Shown one piece after another: positions 1-8,664 of a DNA stretch of 24,000 nt. Position 1 is the first letter of the stretch. Every line of letters begins with the position of its first letter. Under the pieces are notes generated by a model. That model was not told where the DNA came from. It saw only the letters and a list, made by a program, of their open reading frames with translations, and made no database searches. Both the position numbers and the translations under genes were made by a program. The DNA is from Alkalihalobacillus sp. 1P02AB (lineage in GTDB: Bacteria > Bacillota > Bacilli > Bacillales > Bacillaceae_D), in NCBI RefSeq assembly GCF_047302405.1, contig NZ_CP154853.1, positions 2,300,076-2,324,075 of the forward strand, read 5' to 3'.

Positions 1-244
1 AATCCTCCTCCGTCATAGCTTTTGGGTCTGCAATAATTCCTGCAAAATACATGGCATCATAATTACCTGTAGCATACAACTCTTCAGCTAAACGCTGATT
101 TATTTTAATTTTCTTTGCGATTGGCTTCATAGCACCTGTAGCTACACCAAAAACAGGCTCGTGAGCACCATTAGATATAGTCATTTTTTTAGTTCGTTCC
201 TTACCGAGCGATTCAAGCTCATGCATAACCGTTTCGAAATCCAT
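1..244 (-). CDS. N-terminal part of a DNA alkylation repair (AlkD-like) family protein, truncated by the window edge
   Basis: Not in the ORF track. The reverse strand from the ATG at 244 reads MDFETVMHELESLGKERTKKMTISNGAHEPVFGVATGAMKPIAKKIKINQRLAEELYATGNYDAMYFAGIIADPKAMTEE..., which resembles the N-terminus of the family as I recall it. Confidence 0.6.
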   Translation of the reverse strand, partial: MDFETVMHELESLGKERTKKMTISNGAHEPVFGVATGAMKPIAKKIKINQRLAEELYATGNYDAMYFAGIIADPKAMTEED

Positions 245-392
245 AGTTTTATACGTCCTTCCATAAAATGATTTTTTTATTACTAACAACGAGTTTATGT
301 TCTTGATCAAGTCTTCTCCACTTCTCAATTTTACCATAATTATATTCAAGTATTCTGCTTCGTTTACAGTTTACTACCCACTTGTAAACTAA

Positions 393-427
393 GAAAAGCA
401 TCTCTTCAAACAGAAGAAATGCTTTTC
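393..427 (-). terminator. Intrinsic terminator-like hairpin downstream of the 441-1010 gene
   Basis: GAAAAGCAT...ATGCTTTTC, a 9-bp perfect inverted repeat just past the stop codon. Confidence 0.6.
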
Positions 428-440
428 ATGAACATATTAA

Positions 441-1010
441 TTATTCTAACGGATCTTCTTTTTCATTTGGGAAATCAATTGAGTCAGCAATTTTTACAAA
501 TAGTTCTGGAGTAACAATATCAGAAACCCTATGATCAACCCAGAGCATATATTGCCAATTATCTCTTTCAAAGACAAATACTTTAACCGATTCTGATACG
601 TCCATATATGTTGCTTTATTTCCATTCTTAAGATTATACAATTTAATAATATGCTCATCTTTAATTCGAATTTTATGCACAACAGGTCGTACATCAATTG
701 TGTAATGAAGTTCCGGTGACTCTTCATTAATAAATTCCATGTTCAATGCACCGTTTTTATCACCAACTGTTTTCGTAAACCTGCCAAATTGATGTGTAAA
801 GTTTAAAGGTGGCACTCTAAGAGGTAACTTTAATTCTTTATTGAAATACTGTTCAAATTCCTGAACCGACTCTTCAATCGTTTTATAACCAATTTCAGGA
901 TAAACCTCCTCTAAAGGTCGTGTTTCTTCATTAGTTATGGCCTTTACTTGATTTACAACACTAGTTAAAAGACCAAAAATAAGTATGATAAGTAAAATTG
1001 ACTTTTTCAT
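441..1010 (-). CDS. Hypothetical secreted or membrane-anchored protein
   Basis: 189-aa ORF with an N-terminal signal peptide-like segment (MKKSILLIILIFGLLTSVVNQVKA). Confidence 0.7.
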   Translation of the reverse strand: MKKSILLIILIFGLLTSVVNQVKAITNEETRPLEEVYPEIGYKTIEESVQEFEQYFNKELKLPLRVPPLNFTHQFGRFTKTVGDKNGALNMEFINEESPELHYTIDVRPVVHKIRIKDEHIIKLYNLKNGNKATYMDVSESVKVFVFERDNWQYMLWVDHRVSDIVTPELFVKIADSIDFPNEKEDPLE

Positions 1011-1297
1011 TCCATCACCCTAAATTTTATTTAGGCATATTTTCTCCTATTGAACTTCATTTATTCTCATTTAACAAATCGGTGCCTTACTACCATTCGA
1101 ATCTCTTAGCAACTCAAGCAATCCTATCCGTATAATACTCTAATACAAATAAACTTCTACATTCGAGTAAAAATCGTGCTAAGATTATATAAAAATAATG
1201 CCAACAAGGTGGGCTATTTGGATCCTCAAAACAGGCTATAATTTCAGTTATCTAAAGATTAAAATAATTAAACAAGGATCAATATAGGAGTGGTCAT

Positions 1298-1828
1298 ATG
1301 ATAGGTATAAATAAAGGTGAAGTGAAGTTAGTTGCTCATTCTACTGATTGGTCGACAATATTTAATGAAGAGAAGAAGTTATTACACTCATTAATTGGGG
1401 AACATATCCAAGATATTCAGCATATCGGTAGTACAGCCATAAATGGCATCGCTGCAAAGCCTTTAATCGATATTGTTGTAGGTGTTCAAACAATGGCTGA
1501 CGTTGAACAATTTGACACAGAAAAACTAAAAGCAATTGGATATTATCATTTACACCGAGTTAAATTGGATAAAAAAGAGGTGTTTGCAAAATTCTCTAAC
1601 TTAGAAACCCTTACTAAAACACATATCCTTCATATTGTCGAATACCAGGATGAATGGTGGAATCAACACATTTTCTTTAGAGATTTTTTAAATAGACATC
1701 CTGAAGTAGCCAAAGAATATGAAACTTTAAAAAAGACCTTAGCATTTAAGTACCCTAATAATGAAAGAGCTTATACAGATGAAAAGAAAGCATTTGTTGA
1801 TGATGTTTTAAATAATATGGAGAAATAA
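1298..1828 (+). CDS. GrpB family (UPF0157) protein, nucleotidyltransferase-like fold
   Basis: Family-typical motifs HIGSTAINGIAAKPLIDIVVGV and THILHIVEY..WWNQHIFFRDFLN; GGAG-type RBS upstream. Confidence 0.85.
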   Translation: MIGINKGEVKLVAHSTDWSTIFNEEKKLLHSLIGEHIQDIQHIGSTAINGIAAKPLIDIVVGVQTMADVEQFDTEKLKAIGYYHLHRVKLDKKEVFAKFSNLETLTKTHILHIVEYQDEWWNQHIFFRDFLNRHPEVAKEYETLKKTLAFKYPNNERAYTDEKKAFVDDVLNNMEK

Positions 1829-1847
1829 TTTGAAATTAATATAAACA

Positions 1848-1887
1848 GGATGGACTCATACAAAATACTAATTATATAAGTCCATCC
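1848..1887. terminator. Inverted repeat between convergent genes, probable terminator
   Basis: GGATGGACT...AGTCCATCC, 9-bp stem with a long AT-rich loop. Confidence 0.45.
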
Positions 1888-1916
1888 CCTTTCTTGTAAA
1901 ACAATTTTAAAACAGC

Positions 1917-2141
1917 TTATTCTTGATTGTCCTTTTTATATTCAAGAATATCACCAGGTTGACAGTCTAATGCTTTGCAAATCGCATCTAAAGTCGAAAG
2001 GCGGATTGCTTTTGCCTTGCCATTTTTCAAAACAGAAAGATTCGCCATCGTGATTCCAACTTTCCCTGATAGCTCTGTTACACTCATCTTTCTTTTCGCT
2101 AACATCACATCAATGTTGATTATAATCGACATTGTTATCAC
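1917..2141 (-). CDS. Small XRE/Cro-type HTH transcriptional regulator
   Basis: 74 aa; RKMSVTELSGKVGITMANLSVLKNGKAKAIRLSTLDAICKALDCQPGDILEY is a typical short HTH. The true start may be the internal MSIIINIDVML. Confidence 0.85.
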   Translation of the reverse strand: MITMSIIINIDVMLAKRKMSVTELSGKVGITMANLSVLKNGKAKAIRLSTLDAICKALDCQPGDILEYKKDNQE

Positions 2142-2142
2142 C

Positions 2143-2634
2143 TCAAACTGTCAAATCATTTTCTAATTTTATATTGATAGCACCTTCTAATAGCGTTTGG
2201 AGAACCGCAGAAAAGACTGCAATAACTAATGAAGCAAAAATAATGATGATTCCGATAAAACCAATTCCAGGATGTAATGCATTTAACGTTACTAGAAAAA
2301 TACTCCCTACAACATATAGAATGCTAATCAAAATGGCACAGCATTTAATATTTTTCAACGCTATTACAGAAGAATTTGAGAAGACAATATTTTCCTCAAT
2401 GTACTTTAAAAGCCTTAATGCTTGGTATAAAGCAAAAAAAAATGGAATTGTCGTTACATATAACCCAATTAAGACAGGATAATGTAAATATGCATATTCT
2501 GGAGCCACTTTTACTGATTCATTAGCTATCCAAGGTAACCAAAATATAGATAGAGCAAATATGATAATTCCAATCAGAATAACAACTACCTTTAAAAACG
2601 TTGTTTTCCCTCGTGTCATAAAAAAGCACCTCAC
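2143..2634 (-). CDS. DUF2975-like four-TM membrane protein, paired with the XRE regulator
   Basis: Hydrophobic 163-aa ORF one base upstream of the XRE gene; architecture typical of DUF2975/XRE pairs. Confidence 0.7.
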   Translation of the reverse strand: MRCFFMTRGKTTFLKVVVILIGIIIFALSIFWLPWIANESVKVAPEYAYLHYPVLIGLYVTTIPFFFALYQALRLLKYIEENIVFSNSSVIALKNIKCCAILISILYVVGSIFLVTLNALHPGIGFIGIIIIFASLVIAVFSAVLQTLLEGAINIKLENDLTV

Positions 2635-2789
2635 TTGTTTATCGTTATTTTTAATATATTACAAAATTTATCGAATAACAATAAATATTTACTTTTTTAC
2701 GATTAGACATTAATACCTTAACTTCAGTGTAAAAAAATGTTATCATCGATAGATAATACCATTTTAAATTATGAAAAGAGGTGTAAGAT

Positions 2790-2972
2790 ATGGCGTTCGA
2801 CATTGCATGGGGATCAGTTATTTATCAACTGATTGCTTTTGGACTCATTTTTTTATTCATTTTTTTAATTGTAAAGCTAGTTATGAATTCAAAAGAAAAG
2901 AAGAATCAACAAAAAGAACTCGAAAAAAAATTGGATAAAGTAATAGGAATACTGGAGAAAGAAAAGAAATAG
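2790..2972 (+). CDS. Small single-TM protein with a charged coiled C-terminus
   Basis: 60 aa, one TM segment followed by a Lys/Glu-rich tail; RBS AAAGAGGTG upstream. Confidence 0.6.
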   Translation: MAFDIAWGSVIYQLIAFGLIFLFIFLIVKLVMNSKEKKNQQKELEKKLDKVIGILEKEKK

Positions 2973-3019
2973 AAAGCCAGTGTATTCGTTTTGTATTGAT
3001 TTAGAGTGAAAAAGATGCC

Positions 3020-3064
3020 AAAAAGGATAAGTGAACTGTCGGTATTGTTCACCTAGCCCTTTTT
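3020..3064. terminator. Bidirectional intrinsic terminator between convergent genes
   Basis: AAAAAGG..GTGAAC...GTTCAC..CCCTTTTT stem flanked by A and T tracts. Confidence 0.65.
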
Positions 3065-3669
3065 TAATGCGTTGATTCGTTTTGCTTATACCTCATATAT
3101 AAATAATAGTTAATTCCGCTAAGCTTGCTATGTTTTTGCTTAACACGTTTGACTTCTTTAAACCCTAATTTTTCGTATAGTTGAATCGCACCGATATTCG
3201 TATCCGCTACTCCGTCGAGAATGTATTCATTGTATTCTGGTAAAGCAAAGAGATGGTTCATAATCGCGGATGCGACGCCTCTTCTTCTATATTTTTCAGC
3301 TGTTGCAACAAAGCCAACAGAGGCCACCTTTTCTCCTGTTTTAGTAGATAGCTGCTGGAATTCTTTTTTGAAAACGATATTAGCAATCGTCCCTTTATAA
3401 ACACCTAAATGTTTTCTCAATTCTTTTTTGTTATGGTTAATAGATTGTGTTTGACCATCTGATAGCACTGTGATACCTGCAACCTCGCCATCAATTAGAG
3501 CAACATAAAAAACATCAAGATTAAACATATGCTCTAATGCCTTAGCGAGCTTCTTTTTATCTTTTGAAAAAAACCTGAGGTCATGACCGAACCCAGCAAC
3601 AAAAGCCTCACTTACCATTTCCCTTCCCTTTTCACCTAATTCACTCGCTCGTTTGATTTCCATCATCAT
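3064..3669 (-). CDS. GNAT family N-acetyltransferase
   Basis: Acetyl-CoA binding motif VGFVATAEKYRRRGVASAIMNHLF; RBS AAAGGAGG immediately upstream. Confidence 0.85.
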   Translation of the reverse strand: MMMEIKRASELGEKGREMVSEAFVAGFGHDLRFFSKDKKKLAKALEHMFNLDVFYVALIDGEVAGITVLSDGQTQSINHNKKELRKHLGVYKGTIANIVFKKEFQQLSTKTGEKVASVGFVATAEKYRRRGVASAIMNHLFALPEYNEYILDGVADTNIGAIQLYEKLGFKEVKRVKQKHSKLSGINYYLYMRYKQNESTH

Positions 3670-4270
3670 TTGCCTCCTTTATAAGAAATGCCGTTACGAT
3701 TTTAGGACTTGGAGTGATAAAACGTTCCTTCATCGTTAACCTAATATTCGTAAGGCCTTGCAACGTAGCCAAATAAAAGAAGGCCATCTCCATTGCATCC
3801 CCGTCTTTAAATTGTCCAAGCGTTTGCCCCTTTTTAATCAAAATAGCCAATTGATTCAGCATCGCTTCACTTTGTTCATTTAAAAATTTCACTTCTGGTG
3901 GTGGATTCTCCATTGTACTAGCCTGATTCATAAGCATAAGAAACTCCGAAAATTGCTCATTTTTGTTGAGATCATTTAAAATCTCCAACGTTAACCCTTG
4001 AATAATTTCTGTTGGGGAAGCATCACTCTGAAACATTTCAACATTCTCTTTCAACCCAGTTGCGGCCACGTTAACAAGTTCATTAAACAAATGATCCTTC
4101 GATTTATAATGACGATACATAAGACCTGTACTAACTTGAGCCTTGTTTGCAATATCCTGAACACTCGTTGCCACAAACCCTTTTTGGGTAAATAATTTGA
4201 TCGCAGCAGATTGAATTTTTTCTCTTGTAGCCATTCTCATAGCCTCATACTGTTCCTTTGTTCTAGGCAT
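3641..4270 (-). CDS. TetR/AcrR family transcriptional regulator
   Basis: N-terminal HTH: TREKIQSAAIKLFTQKGFVATSVQDIANKAQVSTGLMYRHYKSKDHLF. The ORF-track start at 4279 is a GTG inside the Shine-Dalgarno (AGAGGTGG), so ATG at 4270 (MPRTKEQ) is preferred. Overlaps the downstream GNAT gene. Confidence 0.9.
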   Translation of the reverse strand: MPRTKEQYEAMRMATREKIQSAAIKLFTQKGFVATSVQDIANKAQVSTGLMYRHYKSKDHLFNELVNVAATGLKENVEMFQSDASPTEIIQGLTLEILNDLNKNEQFSEFLMLMNQASTMENPPPEVKFLNEQSEAMLNQLAILIKKGQTLGQFKDGDAMEMAFFYLATLQGLTNIRLTMKERFITPSPKIVTAFLIKEANDDGNQTSE

Positions 4271-4290
4271 CAAAACCACCTCTTTTAATG

Positions 4291-4333
4291 AATGAATATA
4301 TATTCATTATAAAACCGTTTATCCAAATGTCAA
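4291..4333 (-). promoter_or_regulatory. SigA-type promoter with overlapping palindromic operator for the tetR-gnat operon
   Basis: TTGACA (4333-4328), 16-nt spacer, TATAAT (4311-4306), and a perfect 18-bp palindrome AATGAATATATATTCATT at 4291-4308 overlapping the -10/start region. Confidence 0.75.
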
Positions 4334-4426
4334 ATAGTCTTCTCATTCATAAAGCTTTTTTTAGTATGTACCACTATTTGTCCTTAGCCACTTCCCTTTT
4401 TTAAAATATAGTGCTATACTGATCTA

Positions 4427-4543
4427 GCGATGAGCTAATTTGCATAAGACGAGATTGACATGCCTTAATGGCAGGCACAAATGTGGAGTGCTGTCTCTCG
4501 CCGCAAAACGCCAAAAAAGACGTCCTTATGGGCGTCTTTTTTT
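4427..4543 (+). ncRNA. Candidate small structured RNA (unidentified) ending in an intrinsic terminator
   Basis: Extended -10 TGcTATACT at 4412-4420. Nested helices CGAGA-uu-GACA / TGTC-TCTCG, TGCC/GGCA and GCAC/GTGC. Terminator GACGTCC-TTAT-GGGCGTC-TTTTTTT. Confidence 0.4.
4513..4543. terminator. Intrinsic terminator, potentially bidirectional (also downstream of the SDR gene)
   Basis: AAAAAAGACGTCC TTAT GGGCGTCTTTTTTT. Confidence 0.8.
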
Positions 4544-4639
4544 CATTATTCTTAAGTGATCGAGCCAATTCATACAAAACCCACCCTATTTCGGGACCAG
4601 CGACATTTAACTTTCAAAAAAAACAGAGCGTTATCTCTT

Positions 4640-5512
4640 TTACTCCACTTCTCCATATCCTTTAGGTACAGGTATGGCATGTTCCGCCTCTCTGCTTACA
4701 TCTTCCCACTGTTTCCAGCCAGCTATTCGCTCTTCTGTTTGCTCAATCGCAATATCCAACAATTGACTTCCGAGAATCAAACGATGTGGTGGTGAATCAC
4801 TATTTACTACTTTTAAAAGAGCTTCTGCAGCTAAGAGAGGGTCGCTATCAATAGAACTATTACTATACTGTTTAGCTAACTCTTCTCGTAAAGATTCATA
4901 AGCTTTTAATGGTTCGGTCTGTTTCATCTTCAAATAAAGATTTGTCCAATAGCCTCCAGGTTCTACGATCGTTAATTTCACCCCAAAATGTTTAGCTTCT
5001 TGGGCCAAAGCTTCACTCATACCTTCAAGGGCGAACTTACTAGCGCTGTAAATTCCCGACATCGGATTAGAAAGTAAACCACCAATACTAGAAACCTGAA
5101 TAATATGACCTGACCGCTGTTTTCGTAAGTGAGGCATCACAGCTTGGCACACCCAAACAACTCCAAAAAAGTTCGTCTCCATTTGGCTTCTTACTTCTTC
5201 TTCATTAAATTCTTCAATCATTCCCATAATCATATTCCCTGCATTGTTCACGACAATATCCACACAACCATGAATATTCATGACCGTTTCGACTGTAGAG
5301 AAAACAGAGTCTCTATCAGTAACATCTAGTTTCATCGGAAACAATTTACCCTCATATACTTTTTCTAAATCGATTAATTTTTTGATATTTCTTGAGACAG
5401 CTACCACTTTGTCTCCAGCCTCTAAAGCCTTTTTCGTAAATTCATATCCAAGCCCACTACTAGCTCCAGTTATAAACCATACCCTTAATTTGTTTTTACT
5501 TGCAGATGTCAT
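4640..5512 (-). CDS. Short-chain dehydrogenase/reductase (classical SDR)
   Basis: TGASSGLG cofactor motif, NNAG, catalytic S..YSASK. Confidence 0.92.
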   Translation of the reverse strand: MTSASKNKLRVWFITGASSGLGYEFTKKALEAGDKVVAVSRNIKKLIDLEKVYEGKLFPMKLDVTDRDSVFSTVETVMNIHGCVDIVVNNAGNMIMGMIEEFNEEEVRSQMETNFFGVVWVCQAVMPHLRKQRSGHIIQVSSIGGLLSNPMSGIYSASKFALEGMSEALAQEAKHFGVKLTIVEPGGYWTNLYLKMKQTEPLKAYESLREELAKQYSNSSIDSDPLLAAEALLKVVNSDSPPHRLILGSQLLDIAIEQTEERIAGWKQWEDVSREAEHAIPVPKGYGEVE

Positions 5513-5718
5513 TATGCATCTTCCTCCCTTTTATAAAAAACACTTATTAATAAACAAAAAGCACAGGCAACGGCCTATGCTCAACATAAATAAAATGAAA
5601 CTTTAAAAGAATACCCATTATATTTACAACCCTTGCCTCAAAACGAATCATTGAATCGCTTCAAAAATTGGTTGACAAAATGATCGAATATTAGTTGTAA
5701 TGACTTAATGTAGGTAAA

Positions 5719-5747
5719 CAAAAAAGAGGGTCATTGAGCCTCTTTTT
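5719..5747. terminator. Bidirectional intrinsic terminator without an adjacent annotated gene
   Basis: AAAAAAGAGGgTCATTGAgCCTCTTTTT. Confidence 0.6.
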
Positions 5748-6128
5748 GCACCACATATAAATGGTTTTCCTCTAAAAGATAGATCAATTCTATTATCTCG
5801 GCATAAGCAGAGCCTTTGAACGTATTAAATTAACGGTTCAAAGTTAGAATGATCGATCAAAAGGAAAACCTCCGTTCACTAAAGTTACCTAAACTTTAAC
5901 AAACTAGACAACAAGCGTCAACCATAACATGGAGAATTTCAACGATTTAAAACTTATATTGAACGACTTCTAATGTTGAATTTTGTTACCGAATAGCTGG
6001 AAATGCTTGTTTTATGCTTAAAATGCATTTTGAAAAAATCGGTGATGTTGAACAATTTTGATCATGTCAATCCACTTGCTCTATTTTGGGTGAGTTTCTT
6101 ACATCATAATTTTTCTGTGAGCTTATTA

Positions 6129-6890
6129 CTAGTTAATGGGAGTTAATTCATGAATCATTTTTTTAATTGCCGCAATCACGATAGCAGGCTCGTCATGGTG
6201 GACATAATGAGCACTAGTCTTTGCCATTATCCATTCAGCGTTTGTAAAACGGCTCACAATCTCTTGTTGCATTTGATTCCATAAAAGCTGAGACTCTTTA
6301 GAGTAATGTGCTTTTTTGCCAGCACTGATGACTTTTAAAGGGATATTACTTTTCCCTTCAACTCGATCTTTTAGCTGCTGTAAACTCTCCATGAACTCAT
6401 CATAATTTCCTTCGATCGTAAACTGCTTATCGTATGCGAATTGAAACTCGGTTGACATCGTTGAGAGAAATCTTTCTTTATATTCTTCTGGTGTTGAATC
6501 AATCAAAACTAATCCTCCCACTTTATGAGGATAAGTAGAAGCAAATAATCTTGCATTTACACCACCAAATGAATGGCCTACTAATATATATGGAAGTTCA
6601 ATATCAAGGTAGTTTAGGAGTGAATTCAACTCCTCTACCATCTGCAGACTCGTCCTAGGATGGCCACTTTTCTCACTTTTCCCTACCCCAGCTCTATCAT
6701 AAACAAGAACAGTTGCTTCTTCAGATAATTCTTTGACAATACTATCCCATGTTGTCAAGTCGTCACCATAACCAGCTTCCATAATGATAATTGGCTTGTT
6801 TACATAACTTTCATATAATTTAACAAATAAATGAGTGTCGTTTACCGGGACAATGATTTCTTTCACCGACTTATAGTTGTGTTTAGGCAT
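6129..6890 (-). CDS. Alpha/beta hydrolase
   Basis: YVLVGHSFGGVNARLFA nucleophile elbow (GHSFGG), YDRAGVGKS, and a C-terminal His in SAHYVHHDEP. Confidence 0.9.
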   Translation of the reverse strand: MPKHNYKSVKEIIVPVNDTHLFVKLYESYVNKPIIIMEAGYGDDLTTWDSIVKELSEEATVLVYDRAGVGKSEKSGHPRTSLQMVEELNSLLNYLDIELPYILVGHSFGGVNARLFASTYPHKVGGLVLIDSTPEEYKERFLSTMSTEFQFAYDKQFTIEGNYDEFMESLQQLKDRVEGKSNIPLKVISAGKKAHYSKESQLLWNQMQQEIVSRFTNAEWIMAKTSAHYVHHDEPAIVIAAIKKMIHELTPIN

Positions 6891-6918
6891 TTCATTCCTC
6901 CAATGAGAACTTTGACAA

Positions 6919-6948
6919 AAAAGCCTGACATAAAAAAATCAGGCTCAA
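6919..6948 (-). terminator. Intrinsic terminator of the iron transporter operon
   Basis: Reverse strand: AGCCTGATTTTTTTATGTCAGGCTTTTTT. Confidence 0.75.
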
Positions 6949-6953
6949 TCAAG

Positions 6954-8633
6954 TTAATATTTTTTTAATAAATAACGTAACGGAATAATAGATACGATGA
7001 CGATCAATAAAGCGGCTGGTGCTGCCATATGATAAATCGCTTCACTCGCTTCCACCCAAATCCTAACAGCTAACGTGTCAAAACCTGGTGGTCTTAATAA
7101 TAATGTTGCTGGTAATTCTTTAATGCTACTGACAAAAACTAATGCTCCACCAGCTAAAATACCTGGCAAGATCGATGGAATAATGACTTTAATTAAAACT
7201 TTCCAAGGAGGATGCCCTAAACTTCTTGCCGCCTCATCTATTCGTGGTGATAAGAGACTCAAAGAAGCATCCGTTGATTGCATAGCTTGTGGTAAGAAAC
7301 GAATAACAAAAGCAAAAGCAATCAAATAATACGTATTATAAAGAACGGGTATATGATTATTAAATATAAAAATAATCCCTAGTGCCACAATTACTCCTGG
7401 AAGAGCATAACCTGCATAACTAATTTTTTCAATAAAATAAGAAACTCTAGATGGATATCTGGATCGTAAATAAACGACTGGTAAAGCCATAATCATACAA
7501 ATAATTGCAGCTAGTCCTGAAACTTTGATGCTATTCCAAGCATACATCCAAAAATTCGCATTTAATGCCCCTTCTTGAATTCCTAAGACAGACCAGTATA
7601 TAAGCACACCAATTGGTAAAACAACTGAGATTATAAATATAAACCAGACAAACAATGTAGCGAACCATTTCCATTTTCCAAGTGAAAGAATATCAGTCTC
7701 TTTAAAAGAATTACTTGATTGATGATAAGATTGTTTCTTTTTAGACTTTGCTTCAATCCAGAGAATGATTAATGTCAGACCGATTAAAACAACACTTAAA
7801 ACAGTCGCTGACACATTATCGTAACTTCCCATTTGATAATAGATCGCAGCCGTAAATGTTGTATACCTCATCATCGCAATTGCCCCAAAATCAGACAAAA
7901 CATATAAGGCGATCAGAATAGCTCCCGCTCCTATAGCCGGTCTTAAAAAGGGCAAATTAACTTTCCAAAAAACTTGCCATGTTGATAATCCTTGCGACCT
8001 CGCAACCTCTTCAAAGTTACGGTTCATCTTTCTTATAGAAGCACTTGCAATAAGAAAAACGTAAGGGTATGTAAATAGAGTTAACACTAAAAAGATGCCC
8101 GTAAATGAATAAATATTAAAAGAATATTCACCAATAAGATTTACTAACCAATCATGTGACTCCCATTCCCGTGCCACCCAACCTCTAGGTCCAAAGACAA
8201 TAATATACGTAACGGCTCCAACATAAGGAGGAATGACAAGAGGTAAAGCTAAGAGCCATTGCCACATTTTCCTTCCTGGTAAAGAAGTTCGATTAACGAG
8301 CCATGCTAACGACACTCCAATAACGACAGCTGCAAATGTTACACTTACCGTCAAACTCAGTGTATTCCAGATTAATCGTGGAATCCTCGAATCTAATAAA
8401 CTTATCCAACGATCGGCTCCTGCGAATAATGACATCCCAATCACATAAAGAATCGGAATCGCCATCATAATACCCGTTATAACAGCAAATATGAATAGAA
8501 CGCCTCCAGGTTTGCTCCCTTTTTCACCTAATGCAAACTCTTTAATTGAAAAACGGCGAGAGGATGGAGATAAAATATCCCCATCCTTAGTTTCTTGCTT
8601 ATGTTGTTTATCGTTGGTTTCATGATGACTCAT
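6954..8633 (-). CDS. Fe(3+)-type ABC transporter permease, fused two-domain (FbpB/SfuB-like)
   Basis: 559 aa, multi-TM, two BPD_transp_1-like halves with EAA-loop motifs (EVARSQGLSTWQVFWKVNLP; EAARSLGHPPWKVLIKVIIP); sits directly downstream of the substrate-binding protein gene. Confidence 0.9.
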   Translation of the reverse strand: MSHHETNDKQHKQETKDGDILSPSSRRFSIKEFALGEKGSKPGGVLFIFAVITGIMMAIPILYVIGMSLFAGADRWISLLDSRIPRLIWNTLSLTVSVTFAAVVIGVSLAWLVNRTSLPGRKMWQWLLALPLVIPPYVGAVTYIIVFGPRGWVAREWESHDWLVNLIGEYSFNIYSFTGIFLVLTLFTYPYVFLIASASIRKMNRNFEEVARSQGLSTWQVFWKVNLPFLRPAIGAGAILIALYVLSDFGAIAMMRYTTFTAAIYYQMGSYDNVSATVLSVVLIGLTLIILWIEAKSKKKQSYHQSSNSFKETDILSLGKWKWFATLFVWFIFIISVVLPIGVLIYWSVLGIQEGALNANFWMYAWNSIKVSGLAAIICMIMALPVVYLRSRYPSRVSYFIEKISYAGYALPGVIVALGIIFIFNNHIPVLYNTYYLIAFAFVIRFLPQAMQSTDASLSLLSPRIDEAARSLGHPPWKVLIKVIIPSILPGILAGGALVFVSSIKELPATLLLRPPGFDTLAVRIWVEASEAIYHMAAPAALLIVIVSIIPLRYLLKKY

Positions 8634-8664
8634 CTTGATACAACTCCCACTCGCCTTATCATTA

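Noticed and set aside
2132-2482. 116-aa ORF antisense to the DUF2975-like gene
   Set aside because: No RBS, no family resemblance, fully antisense to a well-supported membrane protein gene. The same reasoning applies to the small antisense ORFs at 494, 1975, 3998, 4556, 5129, 5280, 7075, 8233, 8595, 10544, 12096, 15427, 19634, 21340 and 23479.
4468-4665. 65-aa ORF MAGTNVECCLSPQNAKK... on the + strand
   Set aside because: Starts in the candidate structured RNA, reads through the intrinsic terminator and runs into the antisense of the SDR; no RBS or recognisable protein.
5513-6128. Degraded IS element in the intergenic gap
   Set aside because: Checked the reverse-strand translation around 5900-6090 and saw only short stop-interrupted fragments with no identifiable transposase motif or paired terminal inverted repeats; kept only as an open question.
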